A DNA stretch of 15,216 bases. Source: Myxococcota bacterium (GTDB lineage: Bacteria; Myxococcota_A; Polyangia; Polyangiales; Houyiibacteriaceae). The stretch's first letter is position 1. Each line of letters opens with the position of its first letter. Under the pieces are notes generated by a model. The model ran no database searches and was not told the origin of the DNA. It was given only the letters and a program-made list of their open reading frames with translations. A program made the translations under genes and the position numbers. Location of the stretch: positions 1-15,216 of the forward strand of contig JBCCEA010000060.1 of the NCBI GenBank assembly GCA_039030515.1, read 5' to 3'. Of this stretch, positions 1-8,538 are shown one piece after another.

Positions 1-26
1 CCCACCAATATTCGAAACTTCGTCAT
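1..26 (-). CDS. 5' end of a third cassette paralog (MTKFRILV...), running off the left edge of the window
   Basis: 1-26 is identical to 681-706 and 1367-1392, the first codons of the two complete paralogs; ATG at 26-24. Confidence 0.85.
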
Positions 27-47
27 TACGGCACTCGCTTCTTAGAC

Positions 48-121
48 TTACGGTACCACATAGGCGCCCACGCCCGGACGACTGGGGGGTAGCGGGCGCA
101 GCACTCCGTTTCGGTCGCTTC
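48..121 (-). pseudogene. Duplicated 3' end (last ~24 codons and stop) of the 1449-aa gene
   Basis: Matches 1414-1487 (SDRNGVLRPLPPSRPGVGAYVVP-stop), with TAA in place of TAG. An in-frame TGA lies immediately upstream. Confidence 0.9.
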
Positions 122-142
122 ACTCAAAACTTCAGCGCCACA

Positions 143-706
143 TCACTCAGCCTCTGCCGCATCGAGAGCGCAGTCGTACGAGTCGTTTTTGAGCGCGATT
201 TGGCTGCATTCCTCAGTCGGGTCTGGGGTAAAAGAGACCTGTACGAACCACAGTCGATCGTCTTCCAGCTTTAGCCAAGCCTTTGCCCTAGCGCCGGACA
301 TTGCTCCGGTATAGAAACTCAGGCTGATTACGCCTGAGCAGCCTGTGTCGTCAAGCGTGGCTTCGTGTGCCGCCACAAAGCGATTAAGGTACGTGAACTG
401 AGCCGTTCGTTCGGTAGGTTCACCGATAATGATCCTCTCCCATTCGCTCACCAGCTCGGCTCGATGAGTGTCGCACTCTGCATCAGGAAACCAAGGTTCT
501 TCCAAAACAGACACTCCAAAATGCTCAGGGAGATCGACTACATTATTCGCGCTTCTGTTGCGACAAGACTTCTGATCGTAAAGTTGAAAGTCGATTTCTA
601 GACCACTGAAGTCAATGCAGCGGAATTCAGTTAACCCGCACTCCGCCGCGCTAGAAAACGGCAGCATCGATATGACCACGCCCACCAATATTCGAAACTT
701 CGTCAT
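143..706 (-). CDS. Cys-rich exported hypothetical protein (possible lipoprotein), cassette paralog A, 187 aa
   Basis: Signal-like N-terminus MTKFRILVGVVISMLPFSSAAEC; 7 Cys conserved with paralog B; about 70% identity to B by hand alignment, with many synonymous differences. Confidence 0.85.
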   Translation of the reverse strand: MTKFRILVGVVISMLPFSSAAECGLTEFRCIDFSGLEIDFQLYDQKSCRNRSANNVVDLPEHFGVSVLEEPWFPDAECDTHRAELVSEWERIIIGEPTERTAQFTYLNRFVAAHEATLDDTGCSGVISLSFYTGAMSGARAKAWLKLEDDRLWFVQVSFTPDPTEECSQIALKNDSYDCALDAAEAE

Positions 707-727
707 TACGGCACTCGCTTCTTAGCA

Positions 728-801
728 CTACGGTACCACATAGGCGCCCACGCCCGGAAGACTGGGGGGTAGCGGGCGCAGCACTCCGTTTCGGTCGCTT
801 C
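728..801 (-). pseudogene. Duplicated 3' end (last ~24 codons and stop) of the 1449-aa gene
   Basis: Identical to 1414-1487 except one substitution at 759. Confidence 0.9.
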
Positions 802-822
802 ACTCAAAACTTCAGCGCCACA

Positions 823-1392
823 TCACTCAGCCTCTGCTGCATCGAGGGTGCAGTCGTACGAGTCGTTTTTGAGCACGACGTGGCTGCATTCCTCAGTCGG
901 GTCTGGGGTAAAAGAGACCTGTACGAACCACGGTCGATCCTCTTCTGACTCTAGCCAGGCCTTGGCCTTGGCCTTGACGCCCGGTATTCGCGCGGTTTGA
1001 AACTGAGTGACCAAGACTCCCGAACAACCGATTTCTTCGAGCATGACTTCGTGTGCGGCTACAAAGCGGTCGCGATAGGTGATTTGAGCTGTTCTATCGG
1101 TAGATTCACCGATGATGAGCCCCTCCCACTCGCTCACCAGCTCAGCTCGATGAAGATCGCACTGCTTATCGGGTGACCAAAGTTCATCTGAAACGGACAC
1201 TCGAAAATGCTCGGGTACCTTAACTGCACTATCTAATCCTCTGCGAGGGCAAAACGAAGAAGCGTAGTGTTGAAAGTCGATTTCTAGACCACTGAAGTCA
1301 ATGCAGCGAAACTCATAGAATCCGCACTCCGCCGCGGTAGAAAACGGCAGCATCGATATGACCACGCCCACCAATATTCGAAACTTCGTCAT
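823..1392 (-). CDS. Cys-rich exported hypothetical protein (possible lipoprotein), cassette paralog B, 189 aa
   Basis: Same N-terminus and Cys pattern as paralog A; 2 aa longer, at a GCCTTG micro-repeat near 959-976 (KAKAKA); starts 21 bp after the big gene's stop. Confidence 0.85.
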   Translation of the reverse strand: MTKFRILVGVVISMLPFSTAAECGFYEFRCIDFSGLEIDFQHYASSFCPRRGLDSAVKVPEHFRVSVSDELWSPDKQCDLHRAELVSEWEGLIIGESTDRTAQITYRDRFVAAHEVMLEEIGCSGVLVTQFQTARIPGVKAKAKAWLESEEDRPWFVQVSFTPDPTEECSHVVLKNDSYDCTLDAAEAE

Positions 1393-1413
1393 TACGGCAC
1401 TCGCTTCTTAGCA

Positions 1414-4400
1414 CTACGGTACCACATAGGCGCCCACGCCCGGACGACTGGGGGGTAGCGGGCGCAGCACTCCGTTTCGGTCGCTTCCGATCTCGCCAGC
1501 AGGCCATGGCGGGCTCAGCGGAGCTCCTCCCTGCAGAAGTAGTTGCGTCCCGCTGCTCGTGGCCGGGCTTCCCGTTTGGATCACGTCTCCAGCTGCATCC
1601 AAAACCACTCCAACGCGGCTATCCGGAAACGTTCCGGGATTGTGGATAAGCGCGAGGTTGTCCTGAGCGCTCAGGCTGCCTCCGGTCTGGCAGGTGTAGT
1701 TGCTCGCATCGTTGATCGCAGCCTCCGTGTTTGCCCATCGGCTGAACTCGACTCCCTCCCACTTGCAGAGAACGAGAGGACCGCCGCCCTGCTGCGCACT
1801 GGAGGCATAGTTCGGCGGATAAGAAAAGAGATTGCCGACTACAGACGAAGAAACCAGGGGCGTCAAGGCAAGGCCGTCCAGATGCAGGATGTTGGCGTAG
1901 GGCTCCCGACGTTCGTTCATCCAGTCTGCAAAGGCGAGGAGATTGTTGACCAAGGTAAGAGACTGTATCGACCCTTCGATACGCACGGTGTTGATCGGCA
2001 CGTCTGCCCTCGCAGTGGTGGGCACGAAGTTTCTGCCGGTGACAACGGTAGATTGATAAAGCTGAACAGTCCCCGAGGCTCCACCGTCGATACGGAGGGC
2101 ATCGCCTGCCTGCACGCCTCCCGGAAGGCGGATCACCGAGTTGTCGATAAAGACACTCCCGGCTGCCGCGAGGTCGACTCCGCCGGCATTCAAGGCGTCG
2201 ACGACCCCAACACCTACGCCGTAGGTTCCGCTTAAGGTGCTTCGCGAAACTCTGACCGTGCCGGTGCCCTCGTCGCTCCAGCCAAAGGTGCCTCGAATCG
2301 ACCGGAGCACCTGACCTGAGGTGGAGGCATCGATACCCAAAAGATCGCTATCGGTGAGAATCGCTTCATCGAGATTCGAGGTGAGAAGGGCCGCGTGTTC
2401 AGAATTGGTGGTGGGCAATGCACCTTCAAAAGCGACGAGGGTGGAGTCATGCACCATCAGGGTACCCTCTCGCGCCTGGGTGGCGATGCGACAGAGGCCG
2501 ACTCCTGAAGCGTCCGCGCGTACATGGTTCAGGCGAAGGTCGCTGCGGATGGAGAGCACCGGAGTCACACATTGAAAAGACCGGGACGTGTTCGTCACGA
2601 TCGCCAAATGCTCGAGTCCTACCACCGCGTCCGAGGCCAGCAGTCCCGCCCGGGAGCTTCGCGCCGATGTATTGAAGCGGGGTGTGGTGACCGAAACTAG
2701 GCTGGCGCTGCTGGCGGCATCGAGCTCGAGCGTGGTTTGCAGATCTGGGTTTTGAGCCCAGGAGGCGTCGTGGCCGCCGATCAAGGTCACGGTGCGTGCC
2801 TGTATGGTCAGGGCGGGCTCGGCATACGTTCCGGCCTGGAGATAGACGATGAGCGGCTGGGCGGGATCTGTCGCGCTGAGAGCTGCATGCACCGAAGCGA
2901 ACGGATAGGCCTGGCTTCCCGCCAGGGGATGATCGTCATCGCCAAAGGTGGCTACGTAGACTTCCGGTGCATCAAGCGTCGTCACGGTGACTTGGGCGGA
3001 GGGAAAGCTCGAGAGTTCGCCCGCGCCGTTGACGCTGACGAGTTCAAAGCTGTAGTCGGTGTTTCCGGCGAGACCCACGAGCGACCATCCACTGCTCCCC
3101 TCGGAAACGGCTACCGTGCCCACATCGCGCGTGTCCGGAGCGGTCATTCGGATTCGAATCGCGGTAGCCTCCATCGAATCCCAACTTAGGGTGGCACCTC
3201 CCGGTAGGGGAGCGGCGGTCAAACCCCTGGCGGGTTCAGGGGGTGTCCACAAGAGCAAGGTCGCGGGCTCGCTAAATGCCGCATCACTGCCCGCACCGTT
3301 TTGAGTTCGCGCCTCGAAGCGAAGCTGTCTGTCGAAGGGAAGATCCGTCACGGTCAGGCTTTGTGAGCGTGCATAGGCGATACTTTGGCTGAAGGTGAAA
3401 GAAGCGTCGTCCACGCTTTGTGCCTGCAGCGTGAAACCGGTCGCTGCGGGAGAGAGATCGCTCCACTGCAGCGCGACCCGCGGCAGGTCGCCGGAAACGT
3501 CATGAGCGCTTTGCCCCGAAAATGGAAATGGAGCCGACGGGGTGACCGGACCGGATGCTTGCACGTGGGTGCCGCACATGCCCGAAGGCTCATGAAGGGC
3601 AAAGAGCTCGCAGATGCTCTCGGGGCTTACATCGTGCGCGGCCATGGTTTTGGACATCGCGCGATCGAAGCTGCGGTAGTTCAGCTCGTCGGCATCCCTT
3701 GCAAGGTTGAGGATGATATCGTGCAGTGCCGGCCCGCCGAGGACGACGCGCTCATCCTGAGCGTGCTGGCCATACATCCAGTCGACATCTCGGATGATGT
3801 CCGAGTCGTCTGGATCAAGCGTGAACCGCCAAACGCCGCCGTTGTGAAAGTCGGCGCCGCTGCCGTCGAAAACATCGGTCAAGAGGGTCGCGTAGCGCGC
3901 GATGCGCTCTTCTCGTCGGTCTTCGAGCTGGTTGTCCCGAGTGAAGCGACCTAAGGGGAAGTCTTGAGAATCGCCACCGATGTTGTCCTCCAGGCAGGGC
4001 GCTGAGAGGGGCGAGGCGTCTGCGCGGCAGTAGCTCGACCCGCTCGACCCGACCTGATTCTGGGAGGCCGTAAACTCGAAGTACACGTATCCGCCCGCGG
4101 TTTGGCTCGCGAGAAAGTCTGCCCAGGCCTCGCCGAGCACTCCGGCAGCGCCATCGTCCGGCCCCTGCTGCAGGAGCGAATCGCCCCAGACATCGCCATA
4201 CATGCGGCCGAATGCTCGGCGGCTGTGGTCTGCAAGGAAGGTGCACATGATGTAGTGACCGTATTCGTGGGTTGGCGTCACGCGGCTTCGGGCGCTGTCT
4301 TCCGGGATCACGATATCGACCTCGTCAAAGATCGACGCGAGTCCCGCGGCCGCCGACCATCCACGACCTCGCCCGAAGGAAAGGGTCCCAAACCCGAAAT

Positions 4401-5763
4401 ACCCGAGGCAGGGCGCCACAGCATTGGGAAACACGACGTCCGCGAGTCGACCCGTCCTGACCAGGGCTGTCGGCATACCGCGGGTGAACACCGGGGAACG
4501 CGCCCGAAGGAACCTGGGGCTCTCGTAGTGCACCCGCTCTTGAATGAAGTCTCGGGCGCTCGTCAGCTGGGCGAGCACATTCATGTCGCTTTCGCGGACG
4601 TGCGCATCGATGTGAACGTCGTCGTCGCGGTCGGTGCGGCCGTGAAAAACCGTGATGCGCTTGTCCCAAAGCAAGCCGATTAGATCGGCCGCCTTGTTTT
4701 TCAGCCGGATGTGGACGCGAATGCGTTTGGCCCGAGGCACGTCGAAACGCACAAAACCATTTCGGTCGATGCGCCCCCGATCGAGGCTGACCATGAGGCC
4801 GCTTGCAACGCGAACCTCGGCGCCGTGCGGAATGATGGGCTCGCCCGACCGATCTCCAAGCCAAGCTTGGCGCATCACCTCGTCGGGACGGGTATCGAAA
4901 TCTGGGTCTGTGTTGCGTACGGAAAGACTCAGGGAGAACTTACGGCTGCGGCCGAAGAACTGGCGGACTTCGCTCGAGACCTCGCGGACAAAATTGATGC
5001 CCCGCTGCACGCTTCGACGAATTCGCCTGGCGATGCGGCCACCCAACGCCGCTCGGTACACACCGACAGACGCGTCACCGCGATACGACTCACTGCGGTG
5101 CGACAGGGCATCGCTTGTCGACTCTGCTTCGGCTTCCCCGTCCGGAGCGGGTTCCTCCGCAAAAGCTTCCGTGCCGCCGTACACAAAACCCTGCGCACCC
5201 AGCCAATCGTAGTCGACCGAACCACCCGGCATACGGGCCTCCGGTACGGGCACTTCCTGGAGCAAGATCGCATCGAAGATCGGCTCGCCATCCAACGCTT
5301 CTTGGCGAAAGAGGTTGTAGACCTCTGCCGGGATAAGCGCGAACGCAAAGTCGCCGTACTGAGAACCCGGAAACGTGAATTTTCCGGACTGCTCACCCCA
5401 GCGTTCATGTTCCACCTCAAACAGCGGAAGCGCATCGTAGTGGATTTCAAAAAGGTTGAGCTCTTCGAGATTTTGTCGATCGCGAATCAGGATGAGCACA
5501 TAGTGCAGCGCAGGTCGGCCGTCCTCATCGAGCTCGGTCAGCGCTTCGGTCGTAGACCACTCAAAGGTCTCGACCATGGCCTCGATCTCTTCGGTTTCAA
5601 AAGGAGGCGGAAGTTCCGGCAGGCTCATCGATTCGCCCTCCCCCTCGATATCGACGCGGATCACCTGGGTGTCGCGCTGGTCGCATCCGGTGAGTGCGCT
5701 CCCGAGCATGCCCACCAGCAGTGCTCGCCCGGCAAGCTCCATTGCAGAAAAGGCCCGGCTCAT
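1414..5763 (-). CDS. Large multidomain lipoprotein: HExxH zinc-metallopeptidase-like region, FN3-like repeats, DUF1565-like/right-handed beta-helix, choice-of-anchor-Q-like C-terminus
   Basis: Lipobox-like ALTG-C27; HEYGH at 4269-4255 with downstream GEAWADF; FN3-like LQWSD..., LSWD...GLAGNTDYSFELVSVNGAGE; VYVATFGDD...GSQAYPFASVHAAL...YLQAGTY; C-terminal DRNGVLRP...GVGAY. Domain calls are from motif recognition only. Confidence 0.8.
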   Translation of the reverse strand: MSRAFSAMELAGRALLVGMLGSALTGCDQRDTQVIRVDIEGEGESMSLPELPPPFETEEIEAMVETFEWSTTEALTELDEDGRPALHYVLILIRDRQNLEELNLFEIHYDALPLFEVEHERWGEQSGKFTFPGSQYGDFAFALIPAEVYNLFRQEALDGEPIFDAILLQEVPVPEARMPGGSVDYDWLGAQGFVYGGTEAFAEEPAPDGEAEAESTSDALSHRSESYRGDASVGVYRAALGGRIARRIRRSVQRGINFVREVSSEVRQFFGRSRKFSLSLSVRNTDPDFDTRPDEVMRQAWLGDRSGEPIIPHGAEVRVASGLMVSLDRGRIDRNGFVRFDVPRAKRIRVHIRLKNKAADLIGLLWDKRITVFHGRTDRDDDVHIDAHVRESDMNVLAQLTSARDFIQERVHYESPRFLRARSPVFTRGMPTALVRTGRLADVVFPNAVAPCLGYFGFGTLSFGRGRGWSAAAGLASIFDEVDIVIPEDSARSRVTPTHEYGHYIMCTFLADHSRRAFGRMYGDVWGDSLLQQGPDDGAAGVLGEAWADFLASQTAGGYVYFEFTASQNQVGSSGSSYCRADASPLSAPCLEDNIGGDSQDFPLGRFTRDNQLEDRREERIARYATLLTDVFDGSGADFHNGGVWRFTLDPDDSDIIRDVDWMYGQHAQDERVVLGGPALHDIILNLARDADELNYRSFDRAMSKTMAAHDVSPESICELFALHEPSGMCGTHVQASGPVTPSAPFPFSGQSAHDVSGDLPRVALQWSDLSPAATGFTLQAQSVDDASFTFSQSIAYARSQSLTVTDLPFDRQLRFEARTQNGAGSDAAFSEPATLLLWTPPEPARGLTAAPLPGGATLSWDSMEATAIRIRMTAPDTRDVGTVAVSEGSSGWSLVGLAGNTDYSFELVSVNGAGELSSFPSAQVTVTTLDAPEVYVATFGDDDHPLAGSQAYPFASVHAALSATDPAQPLIVYLQAGTYAEPALTIQARTVTLIGGHDASWAQNPDLQTTLELDAASSASLVSVTTPRFNTSARSSRAGLLASDAVVGLEHLAIVTNTSRSFQCVTPVLSIRSDLRLNHVRADASGVGLCRIATQAREGTLMVHDSTLVAFEGALPTTNSEHAALLTSNLDEAILTDSDLLGIDASTSGQVLRSIRGTFGWSDEGTGTVRVSRSTLSGTYGVGVGVVDALNAGGVDLAAAGSVFIDNSVIRLPGGVQAGDALRIDGGASGTVQLYQSTVVTGRNFVPTTARADVPINTVRIEGSIQSLTLVNNLLAFADWMNERREPYANILHLDGLALTPLVSSSVVGNLFSYPPNYASSAQQGGGPLVLCKWEGVEFSRWANTEAAINDASNYTCQTGGSLSAQDNLALIHNPGTFPDSRVGVVLDAAGDVIQTGSPATSSGTQLLLQGGAPLSPPWPAGEIGSDRNGVLRPLPPSRPGVGAYVVP

Positions 5764-7013
5764 GGGGAAACCTCTTCGGTTTCTTGCGTGTCATCTTCGC
5801 TCGGTGGTGCGGGCTGCAGCAGAACGCGAGAGTCTTGACCGTTGCGTGACGCAACGCGGAGGAAGAGGCTTCCCTGAGTCTCGCCGGATTCGCATGAGAG
5901 GGTGAAAAGGACCGTCTCGCCAAAGGGCAATTCGACCTCCGCTGCTTCTGCGCCATCGGACAGGAACACCCTAGAAAAGGAGGGGCTCGAGAGGATGGCC
6001 TCCATACCGCAGGCCATGGTCACAGAACCGTGCGGCGCAAGACCCTCTGCAGGCATCGACCCGTCGGCCGGAGGCGGCTGTTCGCTGAGCTCATCGTAGG
6101 ACCTGACAAGCAGCAAATCTTGGTCGCCAGTCCATTCGATCTCGTCGCGAAGCCACACGTACTCGAAATCGTCTGTGCCGCGATCGACCGCGACCGTGGA
6201 TCCGTGGTCGGGCATCGACGCCAAAACGGTCGTTCGAAAGGCGGTGGAAAATGCAGGCCAGTCTTCTCTGAAGCCGGCAGGTAGATACACGACCTCTGCA
6301 TCTACCTCACGGTCGATATCAAAGGTAGGCCTTGTCCAAACGAGCGTGCCCGGACCGTCAGGCAACCCCCGCAAGAGGAGCGGGCCTTGTTCTCCCGGCT
6401 CCACCACCGCAAGCGCCAGACGGGGCTCTCCCCATGCAGGTTCGAAGAGAAGCAATGAAGGCTGGTCGGTTTGGTCTTTGGGCGTCGACTCCTTGTCGAC
6501 GGGCCACGTCACCTGGATTTCCCGGCTCCCGTTTGTGAAGAAAAGCTCGCCGATACGGCTTCGGTCGTCCCCGTCGGCCTGGACGAGCGCACGCACCACA
6601 TCACCACCTACAGAGGAGACTTTGCTTGCCTGCTGGCGCAGAGCCGAAATCGAGAGCGTCCCCGGACAGGGCTCCTCGATCAAAAACGGATCGGATGCGG
6701 TAGTGTTGTCAAAGGCGAGCATCACCATGAGCTGGCTTACGGCATGCCTTGGCCACACGTCGTAATCGACGGCCAGAGACTCTCGTTGGCTACCCGCTAC
6801 TAGAAAGGTATGCGTGTGTCCGCGATCGGTGAGTGCGAGCTCAGGTTCGTCGAGATCCTGGACCGAGCAGGGCCGAGGCGGCGCATCGTAGGTATCGGGA
6901 ATTGTCGAATTATTTTCGGTATCGCTCGATGAAGCGCCGTCACCGTCCGGGCATCCAGATAGAGCCAGTGCGAGTGCGCTCGTCAGAACTCGGAGAGATT
7001 TGGATGTATTCAT
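5760..7013 (-). CDS. Hypothetical lipoprotein, 417 aa
   Basis: Lipobox-like LALALSG-C21 followed by a Ser/Asp linker; its stop overlaps the next start (ATGA at 5763-5760). Confidence 0.8.
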   Translation of the reverse strand: MNTSKSLRVLTSALALALSGCPDGDGASSSDTENNSTIPDTYDAPPRPCSVQDLDEPELALTDRGHTHTFLVAGSQRESLAVDYDVWPRHAVSQLMVMLAFDNTTASDPFLIEEPCPGTLSISALRQQASKVSSVGGDVVRALVQADGDDRSRIGELFFTNGSREIQVTWPVDKESTPKDQTDQPSLLLFEPAWGEPRLALAVVEPGEQGPLLLRGLPDGPGTLVWTRPTFDIDREVDAEVVYLPAGFREDWPAFSTAFRTTVLASMPDHGSTVAVDRGTDDFEYVWLRDEIEWTGDQDLLLVRSYDELSEQPPPADGSMPAEGLAPHGSVTMACGMEAILSSPSFSRVFLSDGAEAAEVELPFGETVLFTLSCESGETQGSLFLRVASRNGQDSRVLLQPAPPSEDDTQETEEVSP

Positions 7014-7281
7014 CTACTTCACCGTGATGTCTCTGCCTGTACTTTGTACGTGCATGCCGGAACGCTTCTCCCTTGGACCGCTTGGATAAGTTCTGTGAGG
7101 GTCGCGAACTTACAGAGAATTTGCGCTTTCAGTGTTAAAAGATAGCACTGCACTCCGCAGCCTCAAGCGGAGGCGCACCAAGGAGCGTTCGATCTACGGA
7201 CATCAGCTTCTCGCACGCCGCAACCGAGCTTAAAGAGGCAACCGAGGCTTCCTTGCGCACGGTCTGAACACCACCCGCACA

Positions 7282-7378
7282 CCGTACCCGGTACGGCTTG
7301 TCCAAGACATAGCCTGGCCATATTGGGCGCAGATGAGATACGCCGTACCCAGTACGGCTTGCCCAAGCAGTACGGCTT
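7282..7378. promoter_or_regulatory. Repeated palindromic motif in the divergent intergenic region (candidate operator)
   Basis: CCGTACCCGGTACGGCTTGTCCAAG (7282-7306), CCGTACCCAGTACGGCTTGCCCAAG (7343-7367) and a partial CAGTACGGCTT (7368-7378). Confidence 0.45.
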
Positions 7379-7554
7379 TTCCTAGTCGGTACCTGCTCTG
7401 GAAATCTGACCAGGTGCGGTTGGGGCTGAACGATTTTTTTCAGCAGCGGGAGCATGGCGGCGACGGGTGAGCCTATAAAACCAATCAAGCCGCGGGAAAT
7501 TGGAAAACCGACCGACAGCAGACAACCTTTTGCTACTGTGCCCGATACTACTTG

Positions 7555-7560
7555 GGAGGA
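7555..7560 (+). promoter_or_regulatory. Shine-Dalgarno sequence of pdhA
   Basis: GGAGGA 7 nt before the GTG at 7568. Confidence 0.75.
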
Positions 7561-7567
7561 CTGAATC

Positions 7568-8536
7568 GTGTCGATAAGCGACGAGCTACTCAAACTGTAC
7601 CGTCAGATGTTCGTGATTCGCCGCTTTGAGGAGGAGGCGGCAAGGGCCTACGCGCAGGGAAAGATCGGCGGGTTCTTGCATCTCTACATTGGACAAGAAT
7701 CGGTGGCGGTGGGCGCCTGTGCCGCGATTGAGAAAGACGACTACGTGATGACCACGTATCGAGACCACGGACTGGCCCTCGCCCGAGGTATGCCTCCGGG
7801 AGTGGCGATGGCGGAGCTTCACGGCAAAGATGCCGGATGCTCTCGGGGACTCGGTGGCTCGATGCACTTCTTTGACCCGGAGCGAAACATGCTCGGGGGC
7901 TGGGCGATCGTGGGCGGGCATCTCGCCGTTGGTGCGGGAGTGGCGTTTCGCTCGAAGTATCTCGATGAGGCCTCGGTAACGCTTTGCTTCTTTGGTGAAG
8001 GCGCCACCAACATCGGCGGTTTCCACGAGGGACTCAGCCTGGCGGGTCTGTGGAAGCTGCCCATCGTGTTCATCTGTGAAAACAACGAGTACGCGATGGG
8101 CACGCCGATGTCGCGAACCTCTCCTCTCGACGACCTTTCGGTCAAAGCTGCCGGCTATGGGATGCTTGGCGACTCGATCGACGGGCACGACGTTCAAGTC
8201 GTCCGAGACCGGATTCGCTCGGCGGTTGGTCACGCCCGTCGAGGAGACGGACCGACGTTCTTAGAGGTAAAAACCTATCGCTTCCGGGGGCATTCGATGA
8301 GCGACCCTGGCAAGTACCGCTCCCGCGCAGAGCTTGAGGAGCAAAAGAGGCGCGACCCACTCAAGGTGACCCGCCTGCAGCTGGCGGACGCCGGAATCGA
8401 CGAGTCCGCTTTGGTTGCGCTTGAAGAGAGCGCTGAGCAGGAGATTGCAGATTCGGTATCCTTCGCCGAGTCGGCAGAACCGGCACGTGAAGAGGTCATG
8501 CGGGCCAGCGTCTACGCCCCATCGGAGCAACGGTAG
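7568..8536 (+). CDS. pdhA: Pyruvate dehydrogenase E1 alpha subunit
   Basis: IRRFEE, GKIGGFLHLYIGQE, YRDHG, GGSMH, GEGA...ICENN TPP motif, TYRFRGHSMSDP. Confidence 0.96.
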   Translation: MSISDELLKLYRQMFVIRRFEEEAARAYAQGKIGGFLHLYIGQESVAVGACAAIEKDDYVMTTYRDHGLALARGMPPGVAMAELHGKDAGCSRGLGGSMHFFDPERNMLGGWAIVGGHLAVGAGVAFRSKYLDEASVTLCFFGEGATNIGGFHEGLSLAGLWKLPIVFICENNEYAMGTPMSRTSPLDDLSVKAAGYGMLGDSIDGHDVQVVRDRIRSAVGHARRGDGPTFLEVKTYRFRGHSMSDPGKYRSRAELEEQKRRDPLKVTRLQLADAGIDESALVALEESAEQEIADSVSFAESAEPAREEVMRASVYAPSEQR

Positions 8537-8538
8537 TT

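Larger units (their letters stand above)
1..1487. repeat. Tandem array of ~680-686-bp cassettes (copy of big-gene 3' end + 21-bp gap + small exported-protein gene + 21-bp tail)
   Basis: CCCACCAATATTCGAAACTTCGTCATTACGGCACTCGC recurs at 1, 681 and 1367. Homology to the large gene stops at ...GGTCGCTTC (121, 801, 1487). Confidence 0.95.

Noticed and set aside
143..1392. Diversity-generating retroelement (TR/VR pair)
   Set aside because: Differences between paralogs involve all four bases, include many synonymous changes and an indel, and no reverse transcriptase is in the window.
1392..1427. Mini-ORF MWYRSAKKRVP whose TAA overlaps each cassette ATG
   Set aside because: Too short, has no RBS, and its conservation is explained by the duplicated block.
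1543..6803. Long antisense or alternative-frame ORFs (e.g. 4711..5838, 1543..2235, 6175..6765)
   Set aside because: Shadow ORFs of high-GC genes with no recognisable motifs.
7135..7593. 152-aa minus-strand ORF
   Set aside because: Overlaps the pdhA start and its likely promoter region, and has no recognisable protein features.
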